Below, piece by piece: positions 48,930 through 61,909 of a stretch of 64,000 nt of DNA; within the stretch, counting starts at the first letter, position 1; each line of letters starts with the position of its first letter. Source of the stretch: Macrostomum lignano (taxonomy: Eukaryota); the NCBI GenBank assembly GCA_002269645.1, contig NIVC01001726.1:149925-213924 (forward strand), read 5' to 3'. The position numbers were made by a program, and so were the translations under genes. The notes under the pieces are model-generated. The model saw only the letters and a program-made list of their open reading frames with translations. It made no database searches and was not told the DNA's origin.

Positions 48930-50100
48930 TGTTGTTGGGCCAGCCTCCCGGATCCTCAGTTGCTGGGCCAGCCTCCCAGATCCTCAGTTGCTGGGCCAGC
49001 CTCCCAGATCCTCAGTTGCTGGGACAGCCCCCAGATCCTCAGTTGCTGGACAGCCCCCCCCCCCCAGATCCTCAGTTGCTGGGCCAGCCTCCCAGATCCT
49101 CAGTTGCTGGGCCAGCCTCCCAGATCCTCAGTTGCTGGGCCAGCCTCCCAGATCATTCAGTTGCTGGGACAGCGCCCCCCCCCCAGATCCTCAGTTGCTG
49201 GGCCAGCCTCCCAGATCCTCAGTTGCTGGACCAGCCTCCAAGCTCCTCAGTTGCTGGGCCAGCCTCCCAGATCCTCAGTTGCTGGGCAGCCAGCCTCCCA
49301 GATCCTCAGTTGCTGGATCAGCCTCCCAGATCCTCAGTTGCTGGGCCAGCCTCCCAGATCCTCAGTTGCTGGGCAGCCAGCCTCCCGGATCCTCAGTTGC
49401 TGGGCCAGCCTCCCAGATCCTCAGTTGCTGGATCAGCCTCCCAGATCCTCAGTTGCTGGATCAGCCTCCCAGATCCTCAGTTGCTGGGCCAGCCCCCCAG
49501 ATCCTCAGTTGCTGGGCCAGCCTCCCAGATCCTCAGTTGCTGGGCCAGCCTCCCAGATCCTCAGTTGCTGGGACAGCCCCCCCAGATCCTCAGTTGCTGG
49601 GACAGCCCCCCCAGATCCTCAGTTGCTGGGCCAGCCTCCCAGATCCTCAGTTGCTGGGCCAGCCTCCCAGATCCTCAGTTGCTGGGCCAGCCTCCCAGAT
49701 CATTCAGTTGCTGGGACAGCGCCCCCCCCAGATCCTCAGTTGCTGGGCCAGCCTCCCAGATCCTCAGTTGCTGGGCCAGCCTCCCAGAGTGTCAGTTGCT
49801 GGGCCAGCCTCCTAGAGTGTCAGTTGCTGGGCCAGCCTCCCAGATCCTCAGTTGCTGGGCCAGCCTCCCAGATCCTCAGTTGCTGGATCAGCCTCCCGGA
49901 TCCTCAGTTGCTGGGCCAGCCTCCCAGATCCTCAGTTGCTGGGCCAGCCTCCCAGAGTGTCAGTTGCTGGGCCAGCCTCCCAGAGTGTCAGTTGCTGGGC
50001 CAGCCTCCCAGATCCTCAGTTGCTGGGCCAGCCTCCCAGATCCTCAGTTGCTGGATCAGCCTCCCGGATCCTCAGTTGCTGGGCCAGCCTCCCAGATCCC
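48930..50100 (+). repeat. Minisatellite family B, 1.2-kb array
   Basis: Direct reading; source of the PDPQLLGQPP artefact ORFs. Confidence 0.95.
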
Positions 50101-50569
50101 AGTCTGTCTATAAAACACTAAGAGCTTCGCCGCTTTGAAACAGCAATACTCCATCGACTTAACTCATAAGAAGTCTTCTCAATGAAATGAGTTAAACAAA
50201 AGCGTACATAACTGCTTATTTCATTGCAAACGGGTAGATGGGAATTATTCAATTAGCAGAGAAAACAGCTGCTATAGGTGTAATTAAAAGTACAAGTAAT
50301 GTAGAAAACAATTATATAAGTACAAAAGACGAAGTGGGGGCAGGTGATAATTAAGAATGAGCACATGCTTGAGTAGGGCTGAGCAGTGCAGCATACACAA
50401 AAAAGACTTGAAGAAAACCGGTTTAAACTGGTTTCAGGTACAGCACGTGGATTACAATAGTAGATGGGCACTGACTTTTGGGATAAAAAATGCCAACATT
50501 CATAACTGTTATTATTTAAATTTACTCTTTTCGTAATATTCAATCTAAAGTTTATCCAACATTTAAATC

Positions 50570-51750
50570 CCTAAACTACCTTACCTTAACTTGAATACCT
50601 AAACTACCTTACCTAAACTCGAATCCCTAAACTACCTGAACTCGAATCCCAAAACTATCTGAACTCGAATCCCTAAACTCGAATCCCAAAACTACCTGAA
50701 CACGAATCCCAAAACTACCTAAACTCGAATCCCTAAACTCGAATCCCAAAACTACCTGAACTCGAATCCCAAAACTACCTAAACTCGAATCCCAAAACTA
50801 CCTGAACTCGAATCCCAAAACTACCTGAACTCGAATCCCTAAACTACCTGAACTCGAATCCCTAAACTACCTGAACTCGAATCCCAAAACTACTTGAACT
50901 CGAATCCCAAAACTACCTGAACTCGAATCCCTAAACTACCTAAACTCGAATCCCAAAACTACCTGAACTCGAATCCCAAAACTACCTGAACTCGAATCCC
51001 TAAACTCGAATCCCAAAACTACCTGAACTCGAATCCCTAAACTCGAATCCCAAAACTACCTGAACTCGAATCCCTAAACTCGAATCCCAAAACTACCTGA
51101 ACTCGAATCCCAAAACTACCTAAACTCGAATCCCTAAACTCGAATCCCAAAACTACCTGAACTCGAATCCCAAAACTACCTGAACTCGAATCCCAAAACT
51201 ACCTAAACTCGAATCCCAAAACTACCTAAACTCGAATCCCAAAACTACCTGAACTCGAATCCCTAAACTACCTGAACTCGAATCCCTAAACTACCTGAAC
51301 TCGAATCCCTAAACTACCTGAACTCGAATCCCTAAACTACCTGAACTCTAATCCCTAAACTACCTGAACTCGAATCCCTAAACTACCTGAACTCGAATCC
51401 CTAAACTACCTGAACTCTAATCCCTAAACTACCTGAACTCGAATCCCTAAACTACCTGAACTCGAATCCCAAAACTACCTGAACTCGAATCCCTAAACTA
51501 CCTGAACTCGAATCCCAAAACTACTTGAACTCGAATCCCAAAACTACCTGAACTCGAATCCCTAAACTACCTGAACTCGAATCCCTAAACTACCTGAACT
51601 CTAATCCCTAAACTACCTGAACTCGAATCCCTAAACTACCTGAACTCTAATCCCTAAACTACCTGAACTCGAATCCCAAAACTACCTAAACTCGAATCCC
51701 AAAACTACCTGAACTCGAATCCCAAAACTACCTGAACTCGAATCCCGAAA
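50570..51750. repeat. 23-bp minisatellite AAACTACCTGAACTCGAATCCCT with 13-bp deletion variants
   Basis: Direct reading. Confidence 0.95.
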
Positions 51751-52068
51751 CCGCTAGCATTTTATTGGCAGAAACTAGAAGCAGATTATGCAGCTCATAG
51801 TAAGGAAATAGCAGATCCCGAGCTACAGTTTTAGGATTAAGAATTGAAAATCCCAAAAAGGTCTAATTAGATTGGATAATACAAGTTGGAAATGCCTTAT
51901 GCCTAGGCGTAGAAAAATAAAATGCAATGCAATAGAGATGCAACAACAGTACAGGGACAAATGAGATAAATATGCAAGCCTATAAAAGCATAAAATTGAA
52001 TAACTAAATGTATAATTATAAAAAATATTCGCGCAAACTTGAGTGATTTTGACAGCTTTAAAACCGCT

Positions 52069-54800
52069 TCACTTGTCCCTGGTGTGCCTGGTGACCGTGG
52101 ACACCCCATCCACCAGCTTAGTCTTGAACAGCACGTTGGCATTGTTGAACATGCCGTCCTTGAGCGAGACTACAATAAACTGAGACTGGCCGAAGTTCTC
52201 CTTAATCAGCTGGCCAATGTTCTGGGTGTGGCTCAGGTCAAGGGCGGCGTCGACTTCGTCAAGGATGTAAATTGGCGCCGGCTTGAACAGCAGCAGGGCC
52301 AGGATGAGCGACAGGGCCACCAGGGAGCGCTGGCCGCCGCTCAGCTCGCTTAGCGACTCCTTCCACTGCTGGCCGAACCCGATGCGAAACTCGATGCCCT
52401 CCAGCACCGACCGGCCCGCGGAGGGCACCAGCTTGGCGTTGGCGCCTGGCAGCATGGTGGAGAACAGCTTGCCGAAGTCTGCGTTCACCTGCGGCAGTGC
52501 ATGAATTGGCTGGCGTTCAACAGCTGGAGAGCTGGGATGGAGTTGGGGATGAATGGGGAGCTGGGATGGATATGAGGATAAAATGAGGAGCTGGGGCGGG
52601 GATGGGGATAAAATGGGAAGCTGGGACGGGAATGAGGATAAAATGAGGAGCTGGGGCGGGGATGGGGATAAATTGGGAAGCTGATACGGGAATGAGGATA
52701 AAATGGGAAGCTGGGACGGGGATGGGGATAAAATAGGAAGCTGGGCGGGGATGGGGATAAGATGGAGAGCTGGGGCGGGGATGAGGATAAAATGGGGAGC
52801 TGGACGGCGATGGGGATAATGCGGGGCTAAGATGGATATGAGGATAAAATGGGGAGCTGGGGCGGGGATGGGGATAAAATGGAGAGCTGGAGCGGGGATG
52901 AGGATAAAATGGGAAGCTGGGACGGGAATGAGAATAAAATGGGAAGCTGGGACGGGGATGGGATAAAATGGGAAGCTGGGACGGGAATGAGGATAAAATG
53001 GGAAGCTGGGCGGGAATGAGGATAAAATGGGAAGCTGGGGCGGGGATGGGGATAAAATGGGAAGCTGGGACGGGGATGGGGATAAAATGGGAAGCTGGGA
53101 CGGGGATGGGGATAAAATGGGAAGCTGGGACGGGAATGGGGATAAAATGGGAAGCTGGGACGGGAATGGGGATAAAATGGGAAGCTGGGACGGGAATGGG
53201 GATAAAATGGGAAGCTGGGACGGGAATGAGGATAAAATGGGAAGCTGGGACGGGGATGGGGATAAAATGGGGAGCTAGGATGAATATGAGGATACACTGA
53301 GGATATGGGGTGGAGATGGGGATAAAATGGGGAGTTCGGATGGGTATGTAATAAAATAGAAAGCGACTCAAACCTTTTTGTAAGCAGTCATCAGAGCTTC
53401 ATTTTTCTTCTTGTCCAGCTCGTCAATAATGCCCTGTATCTTGGCCTTGTCAGTCAGCACAATGTCCCGCTTGCCAACCAGATCAGCGTATTGCTGCTCG
53501 GCAGTGGTCAGCATGTTCATGGCTCGCATGTTCACAGACTTGCCCAATCGCTCCTTGCGTTCCTCCAGCTTGGTTAGCCGGGCTCGCTGCTCCTTGGGAT
53601 TGTTGCCCTGCGATGGGTGCGGTTGGGGAAATAGCGGGGCTTTAGTAGCAGAATCTGCCATCTGACCCTGAAGTAGCCGAATCTGCCATCTGACCCTGAA
53701 GTAGCCGAATCTGCCATCTGACCCTGAAGTAGCCGAATCTGCCATCTGATCCTGAAGTAGCAAAATCTGCCATCTGATCCTGAAGTAGCCGAATCTGCCA
53801 TCTGATCCTGAAGTAGTTTAACTTGTCACCTGAGGCTACCATCTGAACCGGCAATCCGGCACTTACCCTGGTAACTATCTGAATCTGCCAATTATGAAGA
53901 ATCAGGGATTAAAGATTGGGAAGATTCATGGTTAAGAAGATTGGGAAGAATTCGGGATTAAAGATTGGGAAGAATCTGGGATTAAAGATCGGGAAGAATC
54001 TGGGATTTGAAGATCGGGAAGAATCTGGGATTTGAAGATTGGGAAGAATCTGGGATTTAAAGATTGGGAAGATTCATGGTTAAGAAGATTGGGAAGAATT
54101 CGGGATTAAAGATTGGGAAGAATCTGGGATTAAAGATCGGGAAGAATCTGGGATTTGAAGATCGGGAAGAATCTGGGATTTGAAGATCGGGAAGAATCTG
54201 GGATTTGAAGATCGGGAAGAATCTGGGATTTGAAGATAGGAAAGAATCTGGGATTAAAGATTGGGAAGAATTCGGGATTTAAAGATTGGGAAGAATCTGG
54301 GATATGGAGATATGCGGAGACTAGGATTTGAAGGCCCGTGAATCCATGCACTTGTCGATCGGTCTCACCTGGAAGTCGAAATGACCGCCGGGCTGATTAA
54401 AGTGCCGCTTCTCCGACTCGATCCACGGGTGAGAGGCGAGCAGCTCGTTGACTTTGTGCTGCGCATCCGCTGCCTCCTTGGCCTGGTCGGCCAGCTGGTG
54501 CTGCAGGTTGGCCAGCCGCAGCTCTCGCTGGCTGACCTCCGACTGCAGCGCCTTCGCCTGCTCCTCCAGATCCCGGATAGCCTGATTGCGGGCCTTGATC
54601 TCGGCCCGTTTCTCTTCCAGCTGCCGCTTTGCCTCATCCAGGGCCTGCTTGAGCGCCTCCGCCTCGGCCTGGGGATCCAGGGGTTGTTATAGAGTTAATT
54701 AGAGAGATTAGAGAGCTTCCGGAGTACTCAAAGCGCTTAAGCTTCGATAGATCAGACGAGTATGGCAGGACAATACACTGCACAAAATAAATAGATAGCG

Positions 54801-54832
<32 letters not shown>

Positions 54833-54929
54833 GGCAGACAGACAGACAGACACAGGCAGGCAGGCAGGCAGGCAGACAGACAGACAGACAGACAGACGGA
54901 AAGACAGACAGACAGACAGACAGACGGAA

Positions 54930-54986
<57 letters not shown>

Positions 54987-57900
54987 CACTAGCAAGCGAC
55001 TCACCCGCTTCTCCTGAACCTCTCCAGAGCGGGCCTCGACGGACTCCTTGGCGGCGGCGATTTGCTCTTCGAGGCTGGCGGCCTCCTTGCGCAACTCCTC
55101 GATCTCCAGCTGCAGGGTGTCGTGCTGCGGCTGCCAGTTTTCCACATCGGCTCGTCGCGCCTCCCGTTCGTGTTGGGCCTTGGCTATGCGAGCCTGGAGG
55201 GGGCGATTGGGGTTCAAATTGAACCACTTTGAATTCAAGTCCCGATGCAAATAATGGGAGTAGAGCCCACGTAGAGCTTGATTGTTAGATTAACAATCCA
55301 TTGTATTCCTTCATCATTGATGTAGGCTAGATTAGCAACCCATTCTATTCCTTCATCATTGATGTAGGCTAGATAGCAATCCATTCTATTCTTTCATCAT
55401 TGATTTAGGATAGATTAGCAATCCATTCCATTCTTTCATCATTGATTTAGGATAGATTAGCAATCCATTCTATTCTTTCATCATTGATGTAGGCTAGATT
55501 AGCAATCCATTCTATTCTTTCATCATTGATGTAGGCTAGATTAGCAATCCATTCTATTCCCTCATTTATTGATGTAGGCTAGATTAGCAATCCATTCTAT
55601 TCCTTCATCATTAATGTAGGCTAGATTAGCAATCCATTCTATTCTATCACTGATGTGGGCTAGATTAGCAGCCCATTCTCTTTCTTCATCATCATCTTTG
55701 AGATTCCTTTTTTCATCTCCTATTGGCTAGACTAGCATTCTCACCTGCGCCGCCTTCATCTCTCGCTCCTGCACAGCGGCGGCATCCTTGACCTGCTCGG
55801 CCAGACTGGCCTCCCGTTCGCGCAGCCGCTTCAAGGCGGCGTTGGCCTCGGCTGCTGCAGTCTGCTCGCTGTCCAGCTCAGCCTGCAGCTCCTCCAGGTG
55901 CTTGGCCAGCTGCTGGTGATCCGTGTTGCCAATTCGCTGCTCCAGCAGAGCCAGCTCGTGCCGCTTCTGGTCCAAGTCCTGCCGCAGCTGCTGGTAGCGG
56001 CCGGCCGAGGCCTCCGCCTGCCTGACCGATTCGGCCACTTCGGCCAGCTGTCGCCGCGTCGCCTCGGCGCGCTCCCGCAGCTGGCGCAGCTTGGCGGCTT
56101 TCAGCAGCGTCGGCTCGCGGCTGCCGCGAAAACCGCCGGAGAGAGTGCCCTCGGGCTGTACACCTCGCCCTCCAGGGTCACCGCCCGGCGGCGGATGTCC
56201 CGATGGAAGGCCACCTGCGGGTGAGGATGGCCATGATCCCTTCAGGCTTTAGATCATTTAGATGGCGCAGTATGAGGATCTGGGAGGGTCAAAGAGATGC
56301 CCTGTATGAGAGTCTCATAGAGATGACCCTAATGACGATCTGGGAGGTCATAGAGATGACCCTAATGACGATCTGGTAGGTCATAGAGATGACCCTAATG
56401 ACGATCTGGGAGGTCATAGAGATGACCCTAATGACGATCTGGGAGGTCATAGAGATGACCCTAATGACGATCTGGGAGGTCATAGAGATGACCCTAATGA
56501 CGATCTGGGAGGTCATAGAGATGACCCTAATGACGATCTGGGAGGTCATAGAGATGACCCTAATGACGATCTGGGAGGTCATAGAGATGACCCTAATGAC
56601 GATCTGGGAGGTCATAGAGATGACCCTAATGACGATCTGGGAGGTCATAGAGATGACCCTAATGACGATCTGGGAGGTCATATGACCCTAATGACGATCT
56701 GGGAGGTCATAGAGATGACCTTAATGACGATCTGGGAGGTCATAGAGATGACCTTAACGACCTTCTGGGAGGTCATAGAGATGACCTTAACGACTTTCTG
56801 GGAGGTCATAGAGATGACCTTAAAGACTTTCTGGGAGGTCGTAAAGATGACCTTAATGACGATCTGGGAGGTCATAGAGGTGACCTAAATGGCGATCTAA
56901 GAGGATCAGAGATAACCTCAACAGTATGAGAAAAGACCATAGACATAAACCCAGGAAACGCACCTTCCTGCCGGCCTCATCATCCTGCACCACAAAGCTG
57001 GCGCCGAACACAAACTGAGCGGCGGCCTCAACGGATTTGTCCCGCCTAACCAGATCCAGGGCCGGATAAGCTCGGCCTTGTCCGGCCACCTGGACAGCCA
57101 AATCGGCCTGGTGTTTAGGCAGGCACCTGGCCGAGATCTTATTCAACGGTATAAACGTTGTCTTCTGCCTGAGCTGGCCCCGCTGCAGCAGCAGCTTGGC
57201 CGTGGCCTCGGTGTCGACCACAACGTTGAACAGCTTGGCGCCGGCGGTGACCTCAAGGGCCACGGCGAATTTCTCGTCAACAGCTTCGAGCAGCTGGCAT
57301 ACGGGTCCGAGCACGCGGCGGCGATCGAACCGCGGCTCTGGGTCCGTGTAGTCGAATCCCAGCCGGGGATTAGCGGATTGGAATTCCTCCAGATGGCGGC
57401 CCGTCTCATGCAGCTCGCGTTGCAGGGCCGACTGGCGCTCGAGCAGTCGCTGCTCGGCGGCCTCGTCGAAGCCGGTCTCGGCCAGCTGCTTCTGCGGGGG
57501 GGGGGGTGGAGGGCGAGTCACCGCGGTGACGGCTAGCCGCCTGCCTGACTGTCACTCTTCTATCGAATATCTGCCACTCTTCTATGCACTGCCTGTCACT
57601 CTTCTATACACTGCCTGTCACTCTTCTATCGAATATCCGTCACTCTTATATTAACTGCCTGTCAGTCTACTATGTACTGCCTGTCATCTTCTATTAACTG
57701 CCTGTCACTCTTCTATTAACTGCCTGTCAGTCTACTATGTACTGCCTGTCACTCTTCTATTAACTGCCTGTCAGTCTACTATGTACTGCCTGTCACTCTT
57801 CTATGCACTGCCTGTCACTTTTCTATTAACTGCCTGTCAGTCTACTATGTACTGCCTGTCACTCTTCTATGCACTGCCTGTCACTCTTCTATTAACTGCC

Positions 57901-60900
57901 TGTCAGTCTACTATGTACTGCCTGTCACTCTTCTATGCACTGCCTGTCAATCTATAAATTTTGTCACTTTTCTACTGAATGCCTGTCACTCTTCTATTGA
58001 CTGCCTGTCACTCTTTTTATGCACAGCTGCCTGTTACTCTTCTGCCGAATGCCTGTCACTCTTCTATCGAGTATCTGTCAGTCTTCTATCAATTTTTGTC
58101 ACACTTTTATTGGCTGTCTGTAACTCTTCTATTGAATGTCTGTCACTCTTCTATTGACTGTCTGTCACTCTTTTATTGACTGTCTGTCACTCTTCTATTG
58201 ACTGTCTGTCACTCTTCTATTGACTGTCTGTCACTCGCCTGTTGATTTTCTGTTGCTCTGTTATTGCATCTACGGTATATCACTACTACTAATAACTGTC
58301 TATCCCCCTTTTTGAATATCTGTCACTCTCGCACTGAAAGGCTGCCACTCGTTAAGGATTCAAATTGGAGATTGTAGCCTAGAGCGTCGGACTCACGACT
58401 CAGAATCGCGAACAGTTTGTGTCCTTTAGCAAGACACTCAGCTCTGCATTGCTTCAGTTCACCCAGCCAGCTGTAAAATGGGTGCCAGCATTAACTAGGG
58501 TAATTGAGGCTGTGTGGAGACCCCCCAGTCCTCGGACTAAAAGTTCAACCGACTCTCTATTATATCCGTTGATATTTCACTTGATGTACTTTTACCCACA
58601 CGTCTTCACGCTTCATCTCTGCACATCTTATCACCACATTTCTGCATCAGCAAACAAACCCGAAGTAATCCCGGCCTTTAGACGGAGGCGAATGCAGAGA
58701 TTAAAAACAATAAACTAGAATAATATTTTTGAGCACTTCTAGCAAAAATACGACGAATCCTGTTTGTTTTGCCTCACTTGTTGTTGAGGCTGAAGAGGAA
58801 CTGCGACTAAATAAGGTCTGAAAAAGATGCAGCTTCTAGCCAACTCACGCGAGCAAGATCCGGTCAAGGGCGTCAGTGCCCTCTGTCACCCATTGGACAG
58901 AAGCATGAATCGAAACACCCCTCTCCTCCTCCACGGGGAAAATAAACAGGGCATCAAGGCTTGCACTAACTAAGATCGAAGCTTACTAGAATCAGCCACT
59001 GTACTTTATTCTACTAAACGAAGTGAAGCAAGTAGCAAGTGAAGCGAATGCATACAGGGCTCATGCTTGCTACCAACACGCGGGCCGCTTACCTCAAGGT
59101 GAGCCACGCTACGCTTATAATTATCCAGCTGCTTCTGCTCCGTGCTGGCAGAGCTCTGCATTCGGCCTAGCTGAGATCTTTTCTCTTTGATCTCCGATTG
59201 CAGATGGCGCGACTTCAATTCGCTGCGCTTGATTCGGCTCTCCGCCTCGCTAATCTCGTTGCGAGTGGCTGAAAGGAAATTCAATTCACCGTGTCGTGGC
59301 TTTGCAATCCTTGGCTTTCGCTTATCTGTGCACCCCTTTACCCCTTGTCAGTGCACCCCTCTACCCCTTATCAGTGCACCCCTCTACCCTTGTCAGTGCA
59401 GTGCACCCCTCTACCCTTGTCAGTGCAGTGCACCCCTCTACCCTTGTCAGTGCCCCCCTCTACCTTTGTCAGTGCACCCCTCTACCCTTGTCAGTGCCCC
59501 CCTCTACCTTGTCAGTGCACCCCTCTACCCTTGTCAGTGCAGTGCACCCCTCTACCCTTGTCAGTGCACCACTCTACCCCTCATCAGTGCACCCTCTACC
59601 CTTGTCAGTGCACCCCTCTACCCTTGTCAGTGCACCACTCTACCCTCATCAGTGCACCCTCTACCCTTGTCAGTGCACCCCTCTACCCTTGTCAGTGCAC
59701 CCTAAACTACCCCACATCAGTGCACCCCTAAACTACCCCACATCAGTGCACCCAACTACCTATCTAAACAGACCACACTAGCTGGTAAGTGAACTCACTG
59801 CACAGCTGCATCTCAAGCGAGGCGGCTTCACCGCCCTCCTCATTAGCGGCCAGGCCGGAGCTGACAGCCTGCAGGTGCTTCTCAGCCGCAGCCATCTCGG
59901 CCTCGGCCGCGGCCATTCGCTGCTCCAATTCTTGGAAACTGTCGCGAACCGTTCGAAGTCTTTCTCCTTGCCGGCAAGGGCTTTCTGTCTGGCCAGCAAA
60001 GCTTTGTCCAGTTCGCGCATTCGTTTCTCTTCGGCTTTCACGGCGTCAGCGGCGGCCACCAGAGCCGACTGGGCCAGGGCCTCCTCCTGCAGGGCGGCCT
60101 TGTGCAGCTCCTCGCGCTCTTCCAGGCCTCGGCCGCTCTGCTCGTCGCGCTCCCGGCAAAGACGGTCGGCTTCTCTGACAGGGCCGACAGCTGCTTCTGG
60201 GCCTGCTGCTGCTCCTCCTTCGGGTGGCGCCGGCGAAATGGGAGCTCGGAATACCATCAGATTGTTCCCTTTTCCCCCCTCTACCTTCAGTGTCCCCCCA
60301 TTACCTTTAGATTGCCCTTCCCCACTACCTTCAGATTGTCCCCCCACCACCTTCAGATTGCCCCCCCTCTACCTTCAGATTGTCCCCCCACCACCTTCAG
60401 ATTGCCCCCCTCTACCTTCAGATTGTCCCCCCACCACCTTCAGATTGCCCCCCACCACCTTCAGATTGTCCCCCCACCACCTTCAGATTGCCCCCCACCA
60501 CCTTCAGATTGCCCCCACCACCTTCAGATTGTCCCCACCACCTTCAGATTGTCCCCCCACCACCTTCAGATTGTCCCCCTCACCACATTCAGAGTGTCCC
60601 CCTACTACCTTCAGATTGTCCCCTCCACCAGCTTCAGATTGTCCCCCTCACCACCTTCAGAGTGTCCCCCTACCACCTTCAGATTGTCCCCCCCACCACC
60701 TTCAGATTGCCCCCACCACCTTCAGATTGTCCCACCACCTTCAGATTGTCCCCCCACCACCTTCAGATTGTCCCCCTACCACCTTCAGATTGTTCCCCCC
60801 CCCACCACCTTCAGATTGCCCCGTAACAGAAATGAAGAATTCTATTCTCACAGTGAAGATAATTAAAAAAGACTTCGGATTTCAGGTATGAAAAATTTAA

Positions 60901-61670
60901 GACAGTAGAGCAAATAAAAACCTCACCTGCAGCAGGGCAGTCTTCTCCCGAGCCTCAACCACTTCAATATCGGCTTTCTCCTTAGTCTGCTCGTAGCAGT
61001 AGTACCTGTAGGCCACGGTGAAGTGCTGCAGGAACTCCACCTCGCGGCAAACCTGCTGATACTCCTGATACACGTGTCGCTCCTTGCGCAGCTTAGTCAG
61101 AGTTGGGAGAATCTCCGATGCTAGGAGCTGAGGAGGGATCATATGATGGGCAGAAGAGGCAAGGCTATTGGCATCTGATAGACTACTGCGAGAGGCATAT
61201 AGCGATTATATAAACAGAAATTCAATGCAATATAGGCGATTGAACTTATTAAGCACAAATTTAAGTGTCCGGTGGCACAATGGTGCACCGCCTTCGGTGA
61301 CATGGTCCCACAGCCAGCGCTGACTGCAATTCTGCACATTCCGTTGACTCCTGGGCACATGCCAGCGCGCCAATACTGTACTCAGGCACGGCACTCATGC
61401 ACACGCTCACACAGAGTGTACATCGGCCCTGGCTTTCTAATCATCAGGCCTGTACACTCTCAAAAAATACTCAAAAAAGATCAGATACTCAATATTTAAT
61501 TAACAGCTAGCTGGTAGCTTCTCAAAGCTAGAAAAATGTGAGCAATATTATAACTTACAGATTCAATTTCCCGCAGTTTAAAGTCCTTCTTCTCAATAGT
61601 CTCTCTGCGCCTGCTCCTTTTTGGTCTCGTAGAGTTTCGTGCCGGCCGCCTCCTCTAGTAGAGAGAGAAT
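52069..61670 (-). CDS. SMC2: Condensin subunit SMC2; 5' exons outside the window; four apparent 1-nt frameshifts
   Basis: Exons (minus) 61670-61559, 61127-60927, 60217-59799, 59268-59093, 57491-56964, 56214-55745, 55193-55005, 54668-54369, 53607-53374, 52488-52069. Motifs [11 protein letters not shown], hinge [79 protein letters not shown]. Frame breaks near 61601, 60173, 59949 and 56154. Confidence 0.95.
52530..53340. repeat. ~30-bp minisatellite GGATAAAATGGGAAGCTGGGACGGGGATGG (SMC2 last intron)
   Basis: Direct reading. Confidence 0.95.
53645..54305. repeat. Two adjacent minisatellites: 28-bp GTAGCCGAATCTGCCATCTGACCCTGAA and 23-24 bp AAGATTGGGAAGAATCTGGGATTT
   Basis: Direct reading; SMC2 intron 53608-54368. 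Confidence 0.9.
54800..54990. repeat. (GACA)n microsatellite in an SMC2 intron
   Basis: Direct reading. Confidence 0.95.
55280..55680 (-). repeat. Minisatellite family A in an SMC2 intron
   Basis: Same unit as 23290-25145. Confidence 0.9.
56270..56890. repeat. 33-bp minisatellite GAGGTCATAGAGATGACCCTAATGACGATCTGG with an internal palindrome
   Basis: Direct reading; each unit contains GGTCAT-AGAG-ATGACC. Confidence 0.95.
57540..58240. repeat. Degenerate ~22-23 bp minisatellite TGCCTGTCACTCTTCTATTAAC
   Basis: Direct reading. Confidence 0.9.
58367..58530 (+). mobile_element. SINE family 1 copy with CORE-like domain
   Basis: GGACTCACGACT shared with the 13010-13248 element, then GTGTCCTTTAGCAAGACACT..CTTCAGTT..CTGTAAAATGGG resembling the MIR/CORE consensus GTGACCTTGGGCAAG..CAGTTTC..CTGTAAAATGGG. 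Confidence 0.7.
59325..59760. repeat. 22-bp minisatellite CAGTGCACCCCTCTACCCTTGT
   Basis: Direct reading; SMC2 intron. Confidence 0.95.
60255..60825. repeat. 21-22 bp minisatellite ACCACCTTCAGATTGTCCCCCC
   Basis: Direct reading; SMC2 intron. Confidence 0.95.
61280..61460 (-). mobile_element. SINE family 2, 3' portion (SMC2 intron)
   Basis: GACATGGTCCCACAGCCAGCGCTG..CAATTCTGCACATTCCGTTGACTCCTG..CTTTCTAATCATCAGGCCTGTACACTCTC closely matches 17540-17680. Confidence 0.8.
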
Positions 61671-61909
61671 CTGCAGGAAAATAAAACATTTTTTCAATTG
61701 AGAGAAATGCGTTAGTAAAGCGACATATTTGGTATTGTGATTTCTCAGGATTTGGGATCAAAGACTATGATTTAAGGATTAAGGAATAATGACGATGAGG
61801 TCAAATACTTTTCAGACTTTGGATTGTGGTTTTAGGGTTGTAATGATTGATTGTAGGGTTTGAACATTTAGAGATGACAAACCTATAACCTTATAGCCAC
61901 ATAATACTT

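Noticed and set aside
50570-51750. Telomere-like CCCTAAA within the 23-bp repeat
   Set aside because: One heptamer per longer unit, not a tandem telomeric tract.
58760-58830. Hammerhead ribozyme-like CTGAAGA..GAAA preceded by a GCCTCA/TGAGGC hairpin
   Set aside because: Stem II does not pair convincingly and the cleavage-site position would be G rather than H.
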